A stretch of 64,000 nt of DNA, taken from the NCBI RefSeq assembly GCF_004010195.1, contig NC_057718.1, positions 45,620,322 through 45,684,321 of the forward strand, written 5' to 3'. Shown in pieces: positions 25,706-39,000 of this stretch. Both the position numbers and the translations under genes were made by a program. The first letter of the stretch is position 1; each line of letters begins with the position of its first letter. This DNA is from Chiloscyllium plagiosum. Lineage: Eukaryota. The notes under the pieces were generated by a model. That model saw nothing but the letters and a program-made list of their open reading frames with translations. It was not told the origin of the DNA and made no database searches.

Positions 25706-27480
25706 TGTTAGAGATTAAATTATAATACTGTACAAATGTACCTCCTTATGCTGTGGTATGTGATCTCTATTCTAAGCACTCTCTGCAGACATCTATCTTA
25801 CAATCAATTCAACAAAGACTATACAAAGTGAGCTTGTAACATGCTGTCAGAGTGAGATCGAGTGTCAAAATGCTGTACAGAAGTATAGCTACTAAGAGAG
25901 GAACACAGCAATTTTCAGAGTTACTAACAGCTGCTGAAAGCAGCAGAGAAAAAACAAAGAAATAGACCAAGGAAACAGAAATTGGGTAAGTCAAAATGAT
26001 TTTGAATTTTCTTCTCATGACACCGGTCAAATGAAACATGATACAAAACAGAATTGTGACAAATTTAGTTAACAAACCAAAGTAGCCACAGGTGGTGATA
26101 TTTTTATCACTGCTGGGGAGAGATTGTTGCAATTTTTTTTACCTTAACTCTCACTGAAGAATGAAGTAGAAATTGGGCAGCCAGTATTTTGGAAGCCTTG
26201 ACAGCACAATTTGTACATCTTGAGCGAACATATTGTGAAAAGTATTTTTCCAATAGTAGTGTCCAAGATGAAAAAGTCTTTTAATCAATATGTGACTGCA
26301 TTAGCACAGTTAGCAGAATACTAAGAATTTGCACAACTAAAAGATGATCTAATTAAAGACTGGATTGTATGAGGGAGAACAAATCCCATACTGAGAAGAC
26401 ATTTACTGTGACAGGAGAAATGTATTCTCAGCAAAGCGATCAATATGTACAAAAATGCTGAAGTTGTAAATCATCAGCTAGAGCACATTCATGGCAGACC
26501 GACCAGGCCTTGCATTATGCTGATAAACGTTCAAAGCCGAACAAGGGGAAAGCAATGTTCTCACTGCAAAAAAGCTAGTCACTTTGTGCACAAGTATTGA
26601 CTAAAAGAACACAAACAGACAGACAGCTTCTGGAGAGATATCAGCTGAGGATTCTGACAAATCATTCTACACCAAGTTTATTTAGTCAGGCTGATTGGTG
26701 ATGAATATTTTGTTACTATTGGAGTGTTGACTGCAGAAGGAGACCAATATGTTCACACAAAGTATTAGGTAGATACCAACGCATAATTCAATATCATTAA
26801 CTTCACAGACATGTGTGAAGTGAATCAATAACTGATTCCAGAAATGAAAGCCTCCAAAGTAGGATTGAGGCTGTATGATGGAACCATAACAAACATGGAG
26901 AGTGGTTGAGAAACTCAGCTAATCTGACAGCATTTGTGGAGAGGGAACCGTCTTCTGAAGAATAGTCATATGAACTAGAAATATTAACTCTGTTTCACTT
27001 TCCACAGATGCTGCCAGACCTGCTGAGTTTCTCCACTGTGTTTGTTTTAGATTTCCAGCATTTGTAGTATTTTGCTTTCATAATGACATAGTTATGCTGA
27101 GAGGAAAGATGATTCTGACAGCCCAGTTCAATGACAGAATGAAGATCTGGAGTTGAAGATTGAAAGCAGAAGACACGCATCCTAGCTGGAGCAAGTCAAA
27201 ACCTTGGAACGAGAAACTTCAATATCCCAAGAGATTTGCAATGTGTCACAGAACAGAAAATCATTTACTGTGGAACATATCAAAGCATACAAGACTGTGT
27301 TTTCAGATTTAGGATGTTATCTTGAAGATTAAGAAGATTAAGGATTAAGGAGAATTTCATCTTGAAGATGATGAGAGTATAAAACCAATTCAGCATCCAT
27401 CAACTAAAGTCCAAGCTGCCCTCAAGCTCAGCCTGAAAGACAGAATATACATCTAGAAAGGAAGGGAATAATCTAGAAAA
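25706..27480 (+). mobile_element. Decayed Ty3/Gypsy LTR retrotransposon (5' LTR, PBS, gag-protease-start of pol)
   Basis: A putative short LTR (TG...CA, 25706-25841) directly followed by TGCTGTCAGAGTGAGAT, resembling a tRNA-Leu primer-binding site. Gag remnant EFAQLKDDLIKDWIV near 26325, protease-like VDTNA near 26770, and DESIKPIQHPSTKVQAALK near 27370. Confidence 0.6.
26895..27080. mobile_element. Penelope-derived hairpin repeat nested in the Gypsy element
   Basis: gagaaactcagc...cagcatttgtgga and tccacagatgctgccagacctgctgagtttctc arms around ctgaagaa...gaaatattaac. Confidence 0.7.
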
Positions 27481-27619
27481 CAGACCCATATACATATCCC
27501 CAACCCCAACCCAATAACAGTATCACTGTCCCCAACCCGCTAATTGATCCTACCCCTGACCTGAATAACAATGACCACCCTGCCTCCTTCAATCTCAGTC
27601 ATTAATATGTACTGTAAAT

Positions 27620-29340
27620 AATTGTGGTCATACCACTGAACCCTGTGGCACTGGAACTTCACGAGTTCCAGCTTGTCATCCTGAAAATCTTATTCCCCCC
27701 CTTATCTCAATTCACTGTCTTCTAATAATTAACCAATTGTCTGTCCATGCTAATGTATTACCTCCAACACCAAGTGATTTTACCTTATGGAGTTGTATAT
27801 TGTCAGGTACCTTATCAAATACACAGAAATACAAATATTTTACATCTGCTGGTTCTCTTTTCACTATTCTGCTTGTTCCAACCTTAAAGAATTCTGCTGA
27901 ATTTGTCAGACATGAGTTTCCCTTCATGAAGCCATATTAAATCTGCTTAATTACCCAATATTATTTCTAAATACTCTGCTATTACACCGTTTATAATAGA
28001 CTCTAACCTTTTCCCAATGACAGAGGTTAGGCTAACTGGCCTATAGTTATTGTTTTTTTGTCGCCTTCTCTTTTGAAAGAGTATTATCTTGATCAGTTTT
28101 CTAATCCTTTGGGTCTTTTCAGAATTTAAGGATTCTTAGAAGATTACTACAAGTGCAATCATTATCTTTGTTGATACTTTCTTTAATATGTTTGGGTGCA
28201 CTCTATCAGGTCCCTAGTATTTTTGTCGAGTGATAGTTATTACGTTTATTTCCTTTCAGCTAGATTCTTTAGTACATTTGGAATGCTTTTAACAACTGAT
28301 GCAAAATATTATTCAATTCCTCTGCAATTTCCTGGTTCCCCATTATATCCCTCACCTCAATTCCTAAGAGGCCTATGTTCACTTTGGGCCATCTCTTCCT
28401 TTTTTATATATTTAAAGAAACCCTTGCTGTCTATTTTGATAATATACCCTCAAATTTGTTTCCTCCCTTTTTATTACCTTTTAAGTCATCGTTTGTTGGA
28501 TTTTCAAACTTTTACAATCCCCTGGCTTACCACTAACCTGCTATGCTGTCTTTTCTTTTACAATTTGATCTTACCTTCTCTGGTTAACTATGATCATACT
28601 ATTACTTTCCTAGAATCCTTCTTCACTGGGACACATCTTTGCTATGACTCATGAACAATTTTCTTGAATGTCTGCCATTGTTTCTTATTGGCCTTTGTTG
28701 TTAAACTCCTTTCGCAGTCCACTCCAGTCAGGTCTGCCCTCATTCCTTTGAGAATATCCTCATTTAAGGTTAGCACAGTTCTTACTGACCCAGGCTTCTT
28801 ACTCTGACACTGGGCACAGAACAATAAGCTTCAGAATGCAAACTTAAGGCTGCAGAGAACTATGTGTATATTCTCTTAACTATACTATCCCTTATCCCTA
28901 GTACGTCCCTATCCCCTCTTCCCCACTTGAGTAGCTCTCTGTACCAAGGTGCTGCAGGTCAGTTCGCTCAATCTCCCTGTTATCCCAACTCTCATTCAGA
29001 GAGCTTGTAAGACCGTACCTACTACTGTTGGACAATTGTAGATGGAGGCCCCTTGACTGCTGCTCCCTCAGCTCCCATGTGCATTGCCACAGTGGCCCTC
29101 TTGTTCTTGATCAGAGACCAAATTTGAATATAAATTACCCAGTCTGAGGGGTGCGACCGCTCCCTTGAGCAAAGTGTCCTTGTAAATCTGCCCCCATCCC
29201 TGATATAGCACAATGTCTACAACACAGACTTCACCACCTCAACACCAGTTGTCACAGGTGTTTACACCTTGGTTCACCTTGGCGTCCAGCAGCTCCCATA
29301 TGCTGTAATAGCAACACATTACTTGAACTGCCATTGCATT
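27620..29340 (-). mobile_element. CR1 LINE internal fragments (ORF2 RT and ORF1 remnants)
   Basis: GFMKGNSCLTN...FDKVPD...LAWTDNWL and NYRPVSLTS on the minus strand. A decayed ORF1-like segment lies at ~28870-29340. Confidence 0.8.
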
Positions 29341-30337
29341 TTCACTACTTAAATAATTAATTACTCTAGAATCCCTCCTCCATTGTTAACTGTAATTGCA
29401 TATTTTAAAAACATACTAGCATCAGTCTTGTACTTGACCAGCTATTTTTAAGAAGAAAGAAGAAAAGAAAATCAGCTCACAAAATCCCTTCAAGCCCCTG
29501 ACGGTGAGAAGAAATTGTATTGTAACTGTTCTGATCATTATGTCTTCAGTAACCTGTTTTGATGTCTGCTGAGTAAGAAGGCACTGTACCTATATGAAAG
29601 TATGAGTACATCAAGTCAATCCTGTCTTCACAATTATCAAGGTAAACAGTTTGGCTCACGAAACAGGTTTTGATTTCAAATAACTTATTGAAAACAGATG
29701 AAGCATTTTGGTGAAAATGTAACGAGTTAGAGCATTGGTGTTGACATTATTTAAAACTAATAGTTTGAAATACTAACAGAGGCAAAGAATTTGTTCACAA
29801 TTCAACTGCATCTAACAGATAATACTTCAGATGCTGCTGTCATCACTTTCCTCCATTTTCACAGCTCTCCAATAGCTTCTGGTCCTCCAATGGATCAACT
29901 CAGACTTCAGTAGAAAATTAATAGTTTACAATGCACACTATTACTAGTATGTAAACAACAATTTGTATCAAAAATGTTACGTGTATTGTGAATCACCATA
30001 AATTGCCAAATGATTGCAACTTGGGGCAATTCAAAGCTCATGGCACCTTCCCATGAACCTCCCTGAGTTTCAGGAAAATGCTAAGTTTGTGGTGTAAATA
30101 CCAATCAAACTCACCACAGAACACGAGGACTTCTTTTTCATGTTATAAGAAGCTTCTTCCTGGATTAATTAATTGTCCTGTAATGCTATTCTAGTTTTGA
30201 AAGAAAACATTTGAAAGTACCAAATCTCATTTCTATAATTAGTAAATGGTTCTTAGTGATTTTTTATTTTTCTTACTGGTCATTCCTGTCTTTTCCTAAA
30301 TCCTAAGTTTCTGTGACCTAGTTCTGGTTCTTTGTCG

Positions 30338-30398
30338 CATGGCATGGATGCGTTGGACCAAAGGGTCTGCTTCCATGCTGTACAACTCTATGACTCTA
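30338..30398 (+). mobile_element. CR1 extreme 3' tail
   Basis: ggcatggatgcgttggaccaaagggtctgcttccatgctgtacaactctatgactcta, matching 60452-60509. Confidence 0.75.
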
Positions 30399-30652
30399 AT
30401 TCATCCCATTTCTTTCTTTGCTATCCCCTTAGTTTCTTTTTTATCCTTAAATTATATGTGATTAGCAGATAAATGGTTAGTCTCATCATTCCAAATGGCC
30501 TGTTGTCCTTGCCATATTATCAACTTGCACTTCCAGCAATTTGCAATGGAAAATTACTGGAGCTGAAGGGCATGGAAAAGGAAATCGAACTAGTGGCTCA
30601 CATTGGGGCATTTCCAGGTCATGGTACTTAAAATTCACCTTCTTATTTACAG

Positions 30653-30708
30653 ATGTCTCTATGACCATACTTCGCACCATGTGTTGGTATCTTGTGTCCT
30701 CCTCTGTG
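30653..30708 (+). CDS. Candidate internal coding exon (56 nt)
   Basis: ccttcttatttacag|AT...CTCTGTG|gtaagt. The phase 1 to 0 frame reads VSMTILRTMCWYLVSSSV and joins in frame to 32438. Confidence 0.42.
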
Positions 30709-31486
30709 GTAAGTCTGATGCTAATAGGGAGGGATGGTAATGGGTGCAGGTATCATCATCTTCTTGCCTTCAACCTTTTTGGCCTCAAATTCTGATCATG
30801 CAACCTTCTTTGCTGTTACACCTCCAAACATCCAGCAAGTCCTAAATGTGTCAGGCCCTTACTGGTACACCAGCAGCTGGTGGTTTTGCCAGCACCCATG
30901 TGTGGTGGCACTTCTTGCTCCTGAGGAGCTGAAGTCCTGCCTCAATTCACCTAATGGCCATCTGGCCATTTCATTAATACATGGCAGCTGGGGAGTGTCA
31001 GCAGCCACCATCTTGACTTTTTAGCTCAGTGGAAAGTGGAAGAGTGGGGACTACAGCATCTTGTAAACTTGCCTTTCATTCGTCCTCCCATCTTCTCTAT
31101 TCCAATCTTTCAGTAGTTGGTTGAAAATATTCTTATATGATGATGCCAGATATGAATAGTTAGCCACACAAGGGATGGTACATAATAAGAATATAAATTC
31201 ATATCAATTTCAAATACCTCCTTATTAAGGAAAATAAGATATTTGAGGCAGTAGTTCTGAATCTCAAATTAATGAACATTCTCCTGATCACCTTTGATTA
31301 TTGCTGACATTGTGAATTTTCCTTTGATATCTGAGCAAACATCCAACACCTTACCACACTAATTGATCTTAAACATTGTATTTCTCAAATTATTTGACTG
31401 TAGGGAATGGTGTGCTTTGCCTGGACATCTTCCATGTTACCCCCACAAGAATTTTTTTTAAAACCAACATCTCAGGCAGTGTTCAT

Positions 31487-31835
31487 TAGGCTCAGGGGTG
31501 ACCTTATAGAGGTTTATAAAATCACAAGGAGAATGGATAAAGTGAAGAGCCAAGGTCTTTTCTCTAGGGTAGGTGGCTCCAAAACTAGGGGACATGGATT
31601 TAAGGCGAGAGGGGAAACCAGAAAGTGGTGAGAGTAAGGAATGAACTGCCAGAGGAAGCGATGGAGGCTGGTACAATTGCAACATTAAAAAAAAAATTTG
31701 GATAGAAAGGGTAGAGGGGGAATGGGCTAAATGCTGGCAAATGGGACTAGATTAATTTAAGATATCTGGTTGACATTTACGAGTTGGTCGGAAGGGTGTG
31801 TTTCCATGCTGAACAGCGCTATGATGATGACTCTA
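31487..31835 (+). mobile_element. CR1 LINE 3' fragment
   Basis: RLRGDLIEVYKI...KTRGHGFK followed by the tail; same family as 60120-60509. Confidence 0.9.
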
Positions 31836-32243
31836 AATGAGAAGAGTGCATGTTATAAGAGCCTGAGTTATTGTGTAAGCTCAGTCAATGCCTGATTCGG
31901 TAACTTGAACTCGATTTTGTCTCGGCTGCTACAGTACATATATCGAAAGAGCATGTTAAGTTGATGTTATTTGAAAGATACAACTTAAATTGAACTCATT
32001 TCCGACCTTTTCTAAATAGATGATCAAAAATTGTAAAAATTCATACCTATTTTCTATTTCTGGAGTTTTGAACTGAGTGCACTTCTCTGTAATGTTCAAA
32101 ATGTCACATTTAAAAGAACTGTTTATCTCAAGGTATCATATTTTAAAAGGATAAATGCATTTGAATTGGATTGCAGCTAGAGACATACTGAATAAACATC
32201 AACAAAATCACAATTGAAAACTGAAGGGGTTTATCAATTGATA

Positions 32244-32381
32244 AATTCTTGATGTCACAAGGAATTAAGGGCTACGGGGAGAATGCGGGTAAGTGGAGTT
32301 GAAATGCCCAGCCATGATTGAATGGTGGAGTGGACTCGATGGGCCGAATGGCCTTACTTCCACTCCTATGTCTTATGATCT
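32244..32381 (+). mobile_element. Short 5'-truncated CR1 insertion with probable target-site duplication
   Basis: CR1 tail gatgggccgaatggccttacttccactcctatgtcttatg, flanked by AATTGATA at 32236-32243 and 32382-32389. Confidence 0.8.
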
Positions 32382-32437
32382 AATTGATATTTGAAAATAG
32401 CAATTAAAGTTCACTAATTAGGTTCCATTAACCTCAG

Positions 32438-32647
32438 AATGTGTCCACTTACAATGATGAAGTCTTTGTGGCCTTAAATGGAACAGACTACCTTAAACAT
32501 AACTTCACGACAGAAGCAGAATTGCGCATCGTGTGGTACAATGGTCCTCCACCTTACACCGTGCAATACCACGGGAATTCTGCAAGTTTTGTCGGTTGTC
32601 CTGATCTATTGTGTATTAATGTCTGGTACTTTAATTACACTAAATAA
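32438..32647 (+). CDS. Candidate terminal coding exon of an unrecognised extracellular glycoprotein
   Basis: Branch-point-like cactaat at 32412-32418, then ttccattaacctcag|AAT. The frame is open for 69 codons: NVSTYNDEVFVALNGTDYLKHNFTTEAELRIVWYNGPPPYTVQYHGNSASFVGCPDLLCINVWYFNYTK*. It has four N-x-S/T sequons and 2 Cys, retains CpGs, and matches no transposon I recognise. Confidence 0.55.
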   Translation, partial: NVSTYNDEVFVALNGTDYLKHNFTTEAELRIVWYNGPPPYTVQYHGNSASFVGCPDLLCINVWYFNYTK

Positions 32648-32989
32648 GTTCTTAAACATAGTGCAAAGAATTTCCTTGGATCAGTATCTCTCTGCAATTT
32701 ATGCACCGAAACGGGCTTTCTTCCACATTTCTGGTGAAGTTATAGTGGAAGAGCAAAAGCTGCTCCAAGGAAATTCCCAGCCTAGATCATGCATATTTGT
32801 TTTTGAAAAGAAGTGCAGTTATTTAATTCCTGATCAGTTTCTCAACATTAACTTCCAATTATACAAAGAAAACAAAAAGGCACAGATAAAGGCTCAGTAG
32901 TGTAAGTATATTAATACATCTAATGCTAGAGTTCTAAAATCTTTTGAAAAGCAAACAAAGTAAGTACGACCAGTATATTTGGAATTATA

Positions 32990-32995
32990 TTTATT
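32990..32995 (-). terminator. Polyadenylation signal of prox1 (AATAAA)
   Basis: The + strand tttatt reads AATAAA on the minus strand. It is followed about 30 nt later by TTACTTTGTTTGCTTTT, a GU/U-rich downstream element. Confidence 0.72.
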
Positions 32996-33023
32996 CTGCA
33001 CAAGCTTGCATATATACTGCACA

Positions 33024-33031
33024 TACATTCA
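33024..33031 (-). promoter_or_regulatory. miR-181 8mer seed site (UGAAUGUA), distal
   Basis: tacattca on the + strand, about 30 nt before the poly(A) signal in transcript orientation. Confidence 0.55.
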
Positions 33032-36000
33032 GTTCAGAGAAGAATGGAAGGCACACAAGGCAATTGAACTACTGTAGTCTGTAGGTGGTACAAAGCAAAG
33101 GTAAAAGTCTGGATACCATACAAAAAAAGCTTAAAACACACAAAATAAAATCAGTTATTCAACAAAAGGTTTTATCTTCAAAATTTAGTAGCTGCCAAGC
33201 AGAATTTAATAAGGATTGCTTATGTCAGTTGGCTACTGCATCCCTATAACATGGACAGGGCTTATCATTTCATTATATGATCAATTATTACAGTACATCC
33301 CTGGTAATACAAAATTGTACACCTTCAAATAAATTAGGATAAATTAAACAAATAAATTATGCAAAGTTTCAGAACAATTGACAACAACAAAAAATCCACA
33401 ATCAAAATGGTTTCTAGCTAGAAAAAAAAAATCAAAAACACTGACTAGGTCAGTTTCAATTACTGCACTATGTTCAAATTAACAGGTATTTTATACAAAA
33501 AGGAGCATAATGCTATGTACAACATATTGCTAAATAATATAAAGGCAGTGTTTTTTGTCACTTTTCTGCAACCATATACATACAAGCGTTTTCATCGCAG
33601 GCAGTTCATATCCCACAGTTTTCTATGACAAGATGAGCGCATTTCATTCAACTTCACATTCTGCAATAGAAGTGCAATATGCAATAACCATTTCCAAAAC
33701 AGCTATCTCCCTTGCCATTCAATTTGAAGGGAGTTCTCAAAAAACAGGTCAACATTAAACTACCACTTTAAAAAAAGATTATACGTGGTCAAGATTTGGG
33801 TAAATTACATAATTTACAAGTGCATGTGCTTTTGCTGCAGCTGTTTCTGTGCCACTGACATCACCACAAGGAAGGTCTCAGGATTCATCCATTTACTCAT
33901 TTATTTACTGGGTAGATGCAATATACATTCTGTAAATATTTTACAAGATACAGAAGTCATAATGAGTAATGAGTGCAAAATTTGTGGATTTGAATACAAT
34001 GAACCATGAAGTGAACATCAAAGAATTTTGATAAATGTAATAAGTATGCCAAAGTGTATGAGCTTACATTTGTGGGAAAAATGGCAAAAGGTATTTTCAT
34101 TGGAAATTAAATACATACGTTTTGATCAGTATCACATCATGCATTGTATTTCCTGTGATGGCAAAATGTTTTGCAAAATAAAATCAGATGGGAAAGTTGA
34201 TTAGTTAAAAAAATATAAGAAGGAAGAAAAAAAGCAAAACAAATCAAATGAAACATGGTAATTTAAGGTTAGCATTTCTCGAGGGCTCCCTTTTTAAAGT
34301 TTTAAAAATATTTACCCACATATTTTTAATGCAATTACTTTACAACAGGATGCTTAAAAGATCAAAAATATTAAATCAGAAACTTAAAGCGATTACCAGC
34401 TTTTGATATTCTGAGGCACAATCTAGCTGCAACAAAATATGTGAGTAAATACCTCATACTATTTAAATACTACAACTCATCGTCTGCCATTATAAATTTT
34501 TCACTACTGTGAACATTATCTGCGACAAATCGGCAATAGTCATAAATATAAGTGCCGCAGAGGTCACAATAAAACAATCTCTTCACAAAACATATTTTCA
34601 GCATGTCTAAAATAGAAAAGTTGTCCATCTAAAGGGAAAAATCAGCTTTCACTTCACACTTAAAACACATCATATGAAATATTGCTTCTATACTACTTTT
34701 TATAATCTATGAAAACACAAAATCTGCACCACGGTTACGTAAAAATTGGCTTCTACAAGATTTCCCAAACTTGAATGCTGAGCAAACAGTCGAAGAGGAA
34801 AAAATAATTTGCTTTATCAAACTGTTCTAAAAATTCTCTTCTTCAAAAATTTTTCCAGCTGTTTATTTTTATAAAGATACAATATGTGCATAGCTATTAC
34901 CATCATGGTAAACTGCAGGAAAAAATCTGGCATTTATTGCAGTGGGTTATGAATAAAAAGGAAATCCTCAAGAATCCCAAAAGAAATGTTCAGCCACAGA
35001 AGGCACAAGAACAATTGTATATGTGGGAATCGGTAAATTGAAGGTGTCTGCATCCTTCAAGCTGGTGCATTTAAGGTCTAGGCACAGGATTTCACCTCAA
35101 GTTAATAAGCAATGTTAAATTTCTATTAGTAATAAGAGTACAGAAAATGGGAATTAATTTACAGATATAGCATCCATCACCAGCTCATATTAAACTATAT
35201 AAATTTCCACTCTTAAAACATCTGACCTCCTGCCTCTTGTAGCTGTTACATCATGAATACGTAAAGTGTATGCCAGTATAATGACAGAAAACCTTGTGAA
35301 GCAATTGTGATAATCTCAGGTTTGTAAGGAAAAATGTAGCTGGAGGCACAAAGGCATTATGGCTCTCATAAAAGCATTCCAGTTCAAATAAAATTTCCAG
35401 AAACATTCTTTATATACTGCACAAAAAGAAATTAGTTTAAATGGAATTACAATTAGACTGTTGAACGCGTCTTTATTAAAATCATATTACAAAACTCTCC
35501 TAATAGGCCAGAGATGTAATCATTACAGAATAGAGTACTGAAATTCTTTAGAATCCAATTGTTTTACTTTTTTTTTACAAAATGCCAGGATATATGATAA
35601 ACTTAGCAATCTTGTGCACAATTTAATTATTTGACAAACCTTACAAACATTATCCTCTAATCTCCAAACAATTAAACAAGGTAGTAAGACCCTTTATTCT
35701 GGTTATGATAATCAATCCCACTCTAATTGAGACCACATTGTAATGTCAGCACAGAACGGTTAGCTTGTATTCTTCAAGGTCAGTCCTATAATAGGACCAC
35801 CAATATTCATGACTAATTTCATTAGACAAGTTTGATTTCAAATTTCATAGTCACAACACGTCAGTACTAATTGAGACTGAGTGACTGGTACAGAGTTCTG
35901 TCAGGCAGGGCTGAGAAAGAGTGTAGAACACAACCAAAATAAAACATTTATCACTTTGGGCAAACCAAAACTAAAAGAAAGACTTGCTTTAGATGCATAG

Positions 36001-39000
36001 TAAATACATTGGCACTCCATTGCTATTGTCTGCATTGCCTCAAGTCTGCAAATACTGCAAGTGCTTCATAATACCGACAGGTCATTGCAGGCATTGTGCT
36101 GTTATTTTGAAGTCAGCAGGATTTAAGGCTATGTGCTGACATTAATTACTTCCCTGCATTTCTATCCATCAACTACACATACAACTACTTAAACTGTAGC
36201 ATTGGGGCAAAATCTCAAATTTTACTGGATTTTAAATTTTAAACGCGGAATGTGTTAAATGTTTGCATATTCTAGATTTTAAGTGCTCTTATCTTTAGAG
36301 AACTCAATTTTTCAAATTGAATTGAATCATGAAACTATTACATAACCAAAAACACAATTTGTGTTTCTCATGGTGCTTAAATTATTACACTGATGCTGGG
36401 TCTCTCAATACTAATTAGCTTCTTATGATGGTAGATTGAGAGTATAATTTCAATAATTTTTTTAACCCTTTCATTGGCTCTGTTTATGGTGTTGTTTATG
36501 ACATTTTCTTGACCAATTAGAATTTTATATCCTCTTAGGCAACTAGCAATATTTTTGATTTCTTTCACAGAAATGATGAATTCCACTAATGCTCTAGTGC
36601 TACATCATCATCAATATGAATGATTAATTCACTCTATTGTACCATATTATCCCCTCAGCTTCTAACAAATGCTAAACTTTTGTGACATAAATCAGATTTT
36701 AATCATTATTATTCATTTACTCAAATGAAAATAGCTTTTGAAGCAATGTAATCCTTACCTAAAAGAAATACTAAAAATTACAAAAAATTGGATTACGTCA
36801 CTTTAAAGGTTGAAACTGTACTATATTTTCAGACATGTTCTGTATAGTGTTGAAATGTTTGAACATTCTGTAGAGCCTCTAAGGTTGGTAATGCTGAAAT
36901 CCAAACACAAAGTTCTAGTGCCTGAACAGTTTTTGTACCCAGTTATATTTAACTCAGCCTTAATGTATTCAGATTCTACTGGAATTAAGTTTTGTTGGCC
37001 TGAAAATATGTCCAATTTTAATCTGGAATACACTGCAGATGCTTGCCATGAAAATACAGTCCTGTAGATGTCATTTAATCAACATTTCCATACATTAAAA
37101 ACTGAATTCAGTACTTCTGAATTGCATATTGAATTCATGTTTGATTTATGCAAAACAAAGGAAAAATAACACAGGAATCCTAAATTTAGCTTTATACTAT
37201 CCTGCAGTAGTTTTAATATAATACTAAATATAGACCAATGCCAGTGAAAGGATTAAAACAATTATGGATGTATCATAAAGTGACAAGGTCATTTTGCAAA
37301 GAGGAGTCAGGTGGTGACCAATTGTGATAAACAGCTTAGAACAGTCTAAGCCATTGTAACTTACTGTACTTCAGTTTAGTATTGTCCAAGGCAGTGGACT
37401 GGGAACCTACTGGAATCTTTTCCAATAACACTAATAATTGAACTAAGTTACAATGCAGTATCAGCTTTTCTGCAGCCTGTAAATTGTTGAGTGAATCACT
37501 GCTTACAATCAGGAATTTCCAGCTTGCACTCCAGAAACTCCTGATGACACAATCCATTTAACACCTAGTTGTGTAGATTAATTTCTCAATCAAACCAAAA
37601 AAAAGCTCTGTAACAGACCATAAAACAGAAAGTATGACATTAATCACTTTTAACTAAGGCAGGTACCGGAACAAATCCATTTTTACTCTGCGGTTGTGGG
37701 CATCTAACATTATAAACAAGTGATCAGCATAATTGTACTATATAAATGACTGGATTGTGGGAGATGACAAGTTGAAAAATCATTCTATCTAAACACATTT
37801 CAAAAAGGTGCAATAATTATGCCAATCCTTTTAGAATAGGATATCATAAATTGTGTTTTCGGAAAGTGCACACTTGCATGCTTCATCATTTTGTCAGAAA
37901 CTGCAATTAAAAGGCAGAGTGGCTATATTCAAATCCAGTTCTAACATTTCATTTATAGTCATTTTAAAATATCTCATGAACATGTTGGCTGGTGGATCTG
38001 ACTGATTCAAAATGGATTGGTTTAACGTCAAATGAACTGGCACAGATACAGGTATAGATCACAATGTCATATATAGAAATTTGCTCAGTAGTAATTACGT
38101 TGGCAAATAAAATAAGTACACTACTACTAAAGTTCACGCTCCGATAACAATTAAATCAGGCTAATGAGGGCATTTGCAGTACGACTGCGTAAATATGTAT
38201 ATTATATATATTATATAAATTTTAAAGATTGTACACAGTTCAGCATGTTCTCTTCATCTACTGACTCAAGACGCTTACAGCAGTCATTACCAACATAAAA
38301 ACCAAATGCCACAGAAGATAATGGGATGAGGGGGAGAAATCTTGCTGTTTATGAAGTGGCATCACATCAGATTTAATAATATAGATGTCCTTGCAAATAA
38401 TTTAAAACAGAATGTAATTTCTTTTATATAGTTGCAGTTAACAGAAATCAGATTAAATCTGGTCACAGCCTCAAATTCCCTGTGGTGAGCAATTTAGTTT
38501 AAAACTGATTCTAACAGTATGGCATGTTTATGCACATGCGATTTTTTCCGTGTCAACAGAATGGTTGCACACTATGTACAAGCAATCATTTTCACAAATA
38601 ATCTGTATTCTAATTACAATAATGCACTCAACAGTACTCTTGTAATGATTTGCACTTTAAAGCATTTGTTTTTGCATTTGAGATTTTTTTCTTTTGTACC
38701 TGAATGGATTCCCTCTATTTTAAACAATAATGATCTGATGTCTTTTCATCGTTTCAAGTGATAAGCTGACACATTCTCATTAATTCAATTAAATGTTCAA
38801 GTTCCTTTTCTTTAGTGATGCTATGCAATGCAAACCGTTACATTAGTATTATTTTAAGCAGCAGAGCCAGAAAAAAAGTCTTCAATAAAGTTCACAGCAC
38901 ATCAGTTGTTTTGAAAATCTGTCAGCTTACAGGATACTGAAAAACTGAATACAGTACATTGCTTCAGTAACAATAAAAGTGATCTTAATGGAACACATTA

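Noticed and set aside
28196..28654. 152-aa hydrophobic ORF resembling a membrane protein
   Set aside because: It is the antisense reading of an A-rich CR1 ORF2 fragment.
32478..32900. 140-aa + strand ORF
   Set aside because: It is an overlapping frame of the 32438-32647 candidate with no recognisable features; the other frame has the matching splice phase and protein-like motifs. Not formally excluded.
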